Assembly: GCA_017608345.1 (NCBI GenBank)
Contig: JAFCGA010000001.1
Span: 97,766 to 161,765 of the forward strand
From: Candidatus Pacearchaeota archaeon
GTDB lineage: Archaea; Nanobdellota; Nanobdellia; UBA10117; JAFCGA01
Reading direction: 5' to 3'
Length of the DNA: 64,000 nucleotides
In this document: piece after piece, positions 59,187-64,000 of the stretch
How the letters are laid out: each line of letters begins with the position of its first letter
Numbering within the stretch: the first letter of the stretch is position 1
Position numbers and translations under genes: made by a program
The notes under the pieces: generated by a model
What the model saw: only the letters and a program-made list of their open reading frames with translations
What the model was told of the DNA's origin: nothing
Databases searched by the model: none

Positions 59187-60086
59187 ATGAAAAAAATAAT
59201 CTTTGTTTTAGCGCTACTTGCATTTATACCGCTAGCTAGCGCGGCATTGAATACTGCAGAGCTAGGCAATGTTCTTGTCGAAGAGACAAAATATGATCCT
59301 TATCCTGCTGAGCCAGGTAAATATATAACGGTTTGGATTAGCGTAGACAATCAAGGATCAACAACGATGGATAATATGTTCTTCAAGTTTGATCCAGATT
59401 ATCCTTTTCAGCTAAATCCTGGACAAAGCGGAATAGTAAGCACTGGGAAGCTGCCTCCAGGTCAAGATAAGCTAGTTGAGTATACGCTAAGAGTTGACGA
59501 AGAGGCCATGGAAGGCAGTTATGAGCTTGATTTAAAACTATGTTATGGTAGCGATTGTTCTAGCTGGGCGAGAACTTATAGCCTTCAGATATCTGTCCGT
59601 ACCGGCGGAGAGCCAAAAGTCGAGCTAGGATTAGAAGAAACCGACGTATTCAATGCAGGTAAATTAGGTGAATTCACACTTAATATTGTAAATCGAGGTC
59701 AATTAGATACTAAATTCCTAAGAGTTGCAGTTCAGGAGTCAGATAACTATGAGATTATCGGGCCTGCGGAGAAATATATTGGAGAGCTAGAATCAGACGA
59801 CTTCGAGACTGCTCAATATCAAATATTCATTGAGAATAATATCGGAAGCGAAGAAAGTGAAATGTTAGAAGTTCCGATTAAAGTAGAATACAGCGATGAG
59901 AATAATAAAGACTATTCAGATTTCCAGACAATATATCTAAAGTCATATTCTACAGAAGATTTAGAAAAGATGCATCTCGCGGCTAGCAGTCTCACTTGGA
60001 TTTGGGTTCCAATTGTAATTATTATAGGTATTAGTTATTTCATCTATATACGGGTTAAAAAGAAGAAACAGCAGAAAAAGGCATAA
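59187..60086 (+). CDS. secreted protein with a C-terminal TM anchor, encoded between the ABC ATPase and permease (299 aa)
   Basis: The ATG at 59187 lies just after the ATPase stop. It has a signal peptide MKKIIFVLALLAFIPLASA and the C-terminal WIWVPIVIIIGISYFIYIRVKKKKQQKKA. Confidence 0.6.
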   Translation: MKKIIFVLALLAFIPLASAALNTAELGNVLVEETKYDPYPAEPGKYITVWISVDNQGSTTMDNMFFKFDPDYPFQLNPGQSGIVSTGKLPPGQDKLVEYTLRVDEEAMEGSYELDLKLCYGSDCSSWARTYSLQISVRTGGEPKVELGLEETDVFNAGKLGEFTLNIVNRGQLDTKFLRVAVQESDNYEIIGPAEKYIGELESDDFETAQYQIFIENNIGSEESEMLEVPIKVEYSDENNKDYSDFQTIYLKSYSTEDLEKMHLAASSLTWIWVPIVIIIGISYFIYIRVKKKKQQKKA

Positions 60087-61273
60087 TGATCGAGTATCTA
60101 AAGATAGCCGTAAGGAATATTTCTCAGCGGAAACTTAGAAGCTGGCTAACTATTATTGGTGTAATTATCGGTATTGGCGCGATTATTTCTCTTATTTCCA
60201 TTTCAAACGGAATGGAGCATGCTATTACAGAACAGTTTGAATCATTTGATACCGATCTTATAACTATTACTCCTTCTAATTTTAGAGGTCCGGGAAGTTC
60301 CTCAGGGGAATTCACAGATAAAGAAGTTGATGCGATTCGTAAAATCTCTGGACTAAAACATGTAACTCCGATGATTATGAGTAGTGCAAAAATCAGTTTT
60401 CATAACCAAGATAAATATTTATCTGTCATGGCGTACGAGGCCACTTCGGAGTCAGAAGATATGTGGGAGGATTTTGGGTTCGAGATAAATAAAGGCCGCT
60501 TTCCGCGAGAAGGTCAAGGTAAAGTAGTTGGGTTGGGCGCAAGGGCTGCAACTGATTTATTTGATGATGAACTTCACGTTAGAAATAATATCTACATTGA
60601 TGATATTAAATTTAAGGTTACGGGAATAGCCGATGAAATAGGCAATGCTCAAGATGACAATGCTATATTCATGCCCCTTGATACTGCTAAAGAGTTATTC
60701 AATAAAACAAATTATGGATTTATTATTGCTGTCGTAAACGAAGGCGTTGATGTAGATAAAATGGCTGATAGAGTTGAGAAAAAGATGAGTCGGCTTCGCG
60801 ATGAAGAAGAATTTCAAGTCATGACTGCTACTGAGATGCTAGCAACAGTCGGTACGATCCTCGGAATATTACAGCTCGTATTAGTGGGAATCGCAGGGAT
60901 TAGCTTGTTGGTCGGAGCAGTTGGTATTATGAATACGATGTACACATCAGTTATGGAACGAACGCGAGAGATTGGCGTGATGAAAGCCATCGGAGCTACA
61001 AACAGATCGATTATGACTATATTCTTATTTGAAGCCGGCATTATTGGGATAATTGGTGGAACAGCTGGTGCAGCGATAGGTACAGGGATTGCTCAGGTAG
61101 TCGGATTCGTAGCTTCAAATATGGCTTTACCGCTACCATTAAAAGTAATTATCGAATGGAAACTAATCGGCTACTGTATTGCATTTGCTTTCGGATTGGG
61201 CGCCTTAAGCGGATTCTTGCCTGCTAGGTCAGCTGCTAAAATGAAGCCTGCGGATAGTCTTAGGTATGAATAA
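60086..61273 (+). CDS. ABC transporter permease, MacB/FtsX family
   Basis: It has an N-terminal TM helix, a large extracytoplasmic domain, and a C-terminal FtsX-type three-TM bundle (GAVGIMNTMYTSVMERTREIGVMKAIGA). The ATG shares one base with the upstream stop. Confidence 0.85.
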   Translation: MIEYLKIAVRNISQRKLRSWLTIIGVIIGIGAIISLISISNGMEHAITEQFESFDTDLITITPSNFRGPGSSSGEFTDKEVDAIRKISGLKHVTPMIMSSAKISFHNQDKYLSVMAYEATSESEDMWEDFGFEINKGRFPREGQGKVVGLGARAATDLFDDELHVRNNIYIDDIKFKVTGIADEIGNAQDDNAIFMPLDTAKELFNKTNYGFIIAVVNEGVDVDKMADRVEKKMSRLRDEEEFQVMTATEMLATVGTILGILQLVLVGIAGISLLVGAVGIMNTMYTSVMERTREIGVMKAIGATNRSIMTIFLFEAGIIGIIGGTAGAAIGTGIAQVVGFVASNMALPLPLKVIIEWKLIGYCIAFAFGLGALSGFLPARSAAKMKPADSLRYE

Positions 61274-61362
61274 AGCTAGAGCTAGCCATTATGGCTCTTT
61301 GATTTTTTGATCTCACTTTTGCCGACCGAAGTATGAAGAGGGAAAAGTGAGTGATGAATCTA
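61274..61362 (-). repeat. I-type structured insert (89 nt, inverted orientation) between the two copies of the permease 3' end
   Basis: The reverse complement reads ...TCATCACTCACTTTTCC...GGCAAAAG...TCAAAAAATCAAAGAGCCATAA..., sharing its terminal blocks with 34159-34230. It contains a 9-bp hairpin CTCACTTTT/AAAAGTGAG. Confidence 0.6.
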
Positions 61363-61386
61363 GCGGATAGTCTTAGGTATGAGTAA
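61363..61386 (+). repeat. second copy of the permease 3' end (GCGGATAGTCTTAGGTATGAGTAA), overlapping the stop of the convergent gene
   Basis: 23 of 24 nt are identical to 61250-61273, and the single change GAA>GAG is synonymous. The last codons and stop of minus-strand ORF 61373-61969 lie inside it. Confidence 0.7.
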
Positions 61387-61969
61387 TCAAGGACTCCATA
61401 ACTATTGGTTTAATTTTCTCCCGCATTATAGCATAAACGACTTCAAATAATTGATTCTCAGTTAGAATTACTCTTGTAGCGCGTTTAGGCTTAGGAAGCA
61501 CTTTATAGATACATTCGCGTAATGATTCCGTCCGCCAGTATCTCCTATCTCCCTCGACCTTGTGCACAATTACATACCTACCTTTCTTATCTGTCGAATC
61601 TGCTTCTAACATAAGCACTACAGGGATACTTCCAGGATCAAATAGTTTATTTATCTCCCTAAGCGTCGGGAATTCTCCTGCTTGATATTGCTTATCCCAA
61701 GCACCACATAAAATATATTCCTCGGGATAAAGGCTAGCAAAATTATCTGGTGCAACAGAAGTTATGAAATTCCCATAATAAGGTCCAGTTAAGGCGTATT
61801 TTCGGTCTAATTTAGCCAAAACAATCTTGCCCGCAAGATCATCCCGACCGCCGCAAACAACTTTTATGTCTCGTTTGGGCGTTCCAAGCCAGACTCCGAT
61901 TCCATGCTTATCCACTATCTCTTGTATATACGCTCGTCCAAGCGTGCCAGGAATATCTTTTCTAATCAT
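61373..61969 (-). CDS. hypothetical protein (198 aa)
   Basis: ORF only. Confidence 0.5.
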   Translation of the reverse strand: MIRKDIPGTLGRAYIQEIVDKHGIGVWLGTPKRDIKVVCGGRDDLAGKIVLAKLDRKYALTGPYYGNFITSVAPDNFASLYPEEYILCGAWDKQYQAGEFPTLREINKLFDPGSIPVVLMLEADSTDKKGRYVIVHKVEGDRRYWRTESLRECIYKVLPKPKRATRVILTENQLFEVVYAIMREKIKPIVMESLITHT

Positions 61970-62002
61970 TCTCGAGTTAACTAAAGTAAGCTTTTTATTC
62001 TT

Positions 62003-62434
62003 TTATCTTTCCGAAGAACTGTGGTTATTCGTTATCCATTCCTCAAACGCTTCTTTACTAGTAAAAATCTTAGTAGAATGATAAACTAGCCAAGAGTGAT
62101 CTTCTTTTCCACTTGTGACAATAGAATAGATTGGCTTATTCCAGAGATAAGCATAAACCATCTCTTGGTAGGTTCCAATAGAAGATGAGCCGTCGATGAT
62201 CGCGACCAAGCCCTCAGTACGTTCAATCAGAGCCAAGTCGTCGGGAACAACTTCTTCTGGAGGTTTTATTCTCGGATTAGGAACTCCAGCGTCTAAGTCT
62301 TCTATATCTGGTCGATAAACATCATAAAACGGGTTAAGTAATTGAATACTCGTTCGCTTTTCAATGCCTTGCTCCCATTTTCGCACCGCGTGGCGAGATA
62401 CGAGCGGATGCGCAAGATATAGCTCAGAAGTCAT
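62003..62434 (-). CDS. nucleoside 2-deoxyribosyltransferase-like protein (weak call)
   Basis: The N-terminal LYLAHP, GLVAIIDGSSSIGTYQEMVYA and KPIYSIV resemble the YLAGP / G(T)xxExGxA / P(V/I) pattern of the NDT-like Rossmann family. Confidence 0.4.
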   Translation of the reverse strand: MTSELYLAHPLVSRHAVRKWEQGIEKRTSIQLLNPFYDVYRPDIEDLDAGVPNPRIKPPEEVVPDDLALIERTEGLVAIIDGSSSIGTYQEMVYAYLWNKPIYSIVTSGKEDHSWLVYHSTKIFTSKEAFEEWITNNHSSSER

Positions 62435-62484
62435 GCTAATTCAAAATAAGTAACATTTATATCTTTTTAGGATATCCACACTAT

Positions 62485-62769
62485 ATGAAAATCCAAAACT
62501 CTGGCGAGAAATTAGATGATGATCAAAAGGCTATTCTTAGCAATGTAATCGCAGGCTTTCACTTTCAAAACCACACTGAGCTGCTAGAAATAAATCTAAA
62601 AACATACGACAAAGAAGGCAACCGAGCTAAGTGGGTCTCGAATATACGGGCTTCAACTGATTGGGGCTTATTCACCGCAGAAGCTGATGATTGGAAGCTG
62701 AATCTCTCGGCTAAGCAAGCTCTTCGAAAGCTAGAAGAACAACTCGAGAAAGCAAAAACTAAACGATAA
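62485..62769 (+). CDS. small protein with a ribosome hibernation factor (HPF/YfiA/RaiA)-like pattern (weak call)
   Basis: Its 94-aa length, beta-alpha-beta-beta-beta-alpha-like pattern and the C-terminal AKQALRKLEEQLEKAKTKR resemble Ai..a.dKLeRQL.K.K.K of HPF. Confidence 0.3.
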   Translation: MKIQNSGEKLDDDQKAILSNVIAGFHFQNHTELLEINLKTYDKEGNRAKWVSNIRASTDWGLFTAEADDWKLNLSAKQALRKLEEQLEKAKTKR

Positions 62770-62802
62770 CAGCGCAGTATAGCGATATCCCCTTCATATA
62801 AA

Positions 62803-62820
62803 GAGAAAGCTTTTTAAATC
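62803..62820 (+). promoter_or_regulatory. BRE/TATA box GAGAAAGCTTTTTAAATC upstream of ORF 62846
   Basis: A consensus motif ending 26 nt upstream of the ATG. Confidence 0.45.
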
Positions 62821-62845
62821 AATTTTAAGTTCACTTATTAGTTAA

Positions 62846-63763
62846 ATGGTAGATCGCTCACAAATAATAGCTAGCTTAGAGGAATATAGACTAATTAAGG
62901 ATCAGCTTGAATACGAACGTGCTGTATCGCAATTAGGTCATGAATTTACAGCAGGGCAACTCGAACAAATTCTATTTAATCTCGGCGGAAAACCTGCTCA
63001 GATTGCAAAACCAGTAAATAAGTATACTGATCAATCTCTAAACTCATTACAGCACTATTGGCGAGTATTCAATCTTGATGCAAAGCAACGAATGCAAGTA
63101 TTTGAAGCTGCTGCGGATAAAGGAAAAGCACTAGAAACTCCGGAAAATATAAGACTACGACTCGAGCCTTCTGAGGAAGCCGCAGTGGGATTCGATGGAG
63201 ATTTTGAGAAATACGCATTCCCTACGACGATGCATCGATATGATAAATTATGTTCTCAGATTTCGGCTAGAATGCCAGATGCGTCATTAAAAGAAATACA
63301 CGAATCTGCTGCAAATAAACTAATTGATATTAATTATAGCAGATCATACCTTGGCGGAAGCCCTGGTCGATGGACTGCGAAAATACTCGAAGAACTTAGC
63401 GAGCCGCTACAGCAATCCTTTCTTATAATCAACAACGATGATCTTCTTGCTACAGATGGCCTCGTGGGAGCTTTCCAGAGCAGATTTATATTATACCAAG
63501 CGCTAACTAAGAAAATGGATCCAGGATTCTTAGCATCTATCCAAGGTTTCAAGACAATGAATGATATGATTTCGAGATACAGCAATGCCGGAAATTTAAC
63601 CGTCAATATAACTGACTGTATAATTCAAGGAAGCAATCTCAATTTCGGTACATATTCTAATGGAAAAGTCGATATAGATAACTCAGTTATCCAACGCTCA
63701 GAAATTGATGCTAGCAAAGGAAAAATCTCCGATACAGTTATTCAGCGTTCAAGGATAGAATAA
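62846..63763 (+). CDS. hypothetical protein (305 aa) with C-terminal short repeats (VIQRSxI)
   Basis: An ORF with a consensus promoter. It converges on uvrA with a 1-nt gap. Confidence 0.45.
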   Translation: MVDRSQIIASLEEYRLIKDQLEYERAVSQLGHEFTAGQLEQILFNLGGKPAQIAKPVNKYTDQSLNSLQHYWRVFNLDAKQRMQVFEAAADKGKALETPENIRLRLEPSEEAAVGFDGDFEKYAFPTTMHRYDKLCSQISARMPDASLKEIHESAANKLIDINYSRSYLGGSPGRWTAKILEELSEPLQQSFLIINNDDLLATDGLVGAFQSRFILYQALTKKMDPGFLASIQGFKTMNDMISRYSNAGNLTVNITDCIIQGSNLNFGTYSNGKVDIDNSVIQRSEIDASKGKISDTVIQRSRIE

Positions 63764-63764
63764 A

Positions 63765-64000
63765 TCATACGATTTTACGTAGATATTGTCCAGTATAGCT
63801 TTTCTTAATCTTACTAACTTCTAAAGGAGTTCCTGAAGCAATCACTTCCCCACCTTTAGCTCCGCCTTCTGGCCCGAGGTCAATGATCCAGTCAGCGTTC
63901 TTGATAACATCTAAGTTATGCTCAATGACTACTACTGTGTTGCCATTCTCCACCAACTTATTGAGCAGCTTTAACAACTTCTCAATATCTGCCATATGCA
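63765..64000 (-). CDS. uvrA: excinuclease ABC subunit UvrA, C-terminal fragment (the gene continues beyond the window end)
   Basis: ...(H)[60 protein letters not shown] matches the end of the second UvrA ABC domain. The frame is open to base 64000. Confidence 0.85.
   Translation of the reverse strand, partial: HMADIEKLLKLLNKLVENGNTVVVIEHNLDVIKNADWIIDLGPEGGAKGGEVIASGTPLEVSKIKKSYTGQYLRKIV

Noticed and set aside
1-64000. A search for transposase, integrase, homing endonuclease or reverse transcriptase that could mobilise the small repeat elements
   Set aside because: No ORF in the window shows DDE, tyrosine/serine recombinase, LAGLIDADG/HNH or RT motifs. The elements are therefore treated as non-autonomous, and the mobility mechanism stays open.

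Overview
An AT-rich (by eye ~40% GC), gene-dense archaeal fragment. It carries archaeal translation and replication genes: aIF2-gamma, aIF2-alpha, ribosomal proteins L44e and S27e, a fused PriS-PriL-type primase and an SRP (7S) RNA. Promoters are BRE/TATA boxes (consensus about AAAGCTTTTTAAAT) 22-30 nt upstream of many starts, so many transcripts are probably leaderless; a few genes use GAGGT Shine-Dalgarno sites instead. The fused primase, multi-intron tRNAs, many small orphan genes and huge Cys-rich surface proteins suggest a DPANN-type archaeon; this is inference only. Housekeeping and stress genes include a P-type ATPase, desulfoferrodoxin, rubrerythrin, NUDIX, NIF3, cyclophilin, GNAT, Fic, a MEMO-like protein, a MacB/FtsX ABC transporter, and XPD and UvrA fragments at the window edges. 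Most interesting observations: (1) a radical-SAM/SPASM enzyme directly downstream of two paralogous ORFs that each end in two copies of a Cys motif (GGINPCR or GGFAPC[QR]D). The copies differ almost only at synonymous sites, which points to an undescribed RiPP-like system. (2) Two related families of small structured repeats. One forms the 112-nt T-loop intron of tRNA-Phe and also occurs in two intergenic regions. Three inserts (two of one family, one of the other) are flanked by 24-54-nt duplications of gene termini (both ends of aIF2-gamma, 3' end of the ABC permease), again with synonymous-only divergence. (3) tRNA-Phe and tRNA-Ser have two and at least three introns, at D-loop and T-loop positions. 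(4) A hicBA cassette is bracketed by a duplicated ~55-bp promoter/hairpin module that also drives the SRP RNA. (5) A surface-protein island includes a 2167-aa repeat protein, and three neighbouring proteins share a six-Cys module plus a C-terminal anchor. (6) An MCM-derived protein lacks its ATPase core. No CRISPR array, transposase or integrase was seen.
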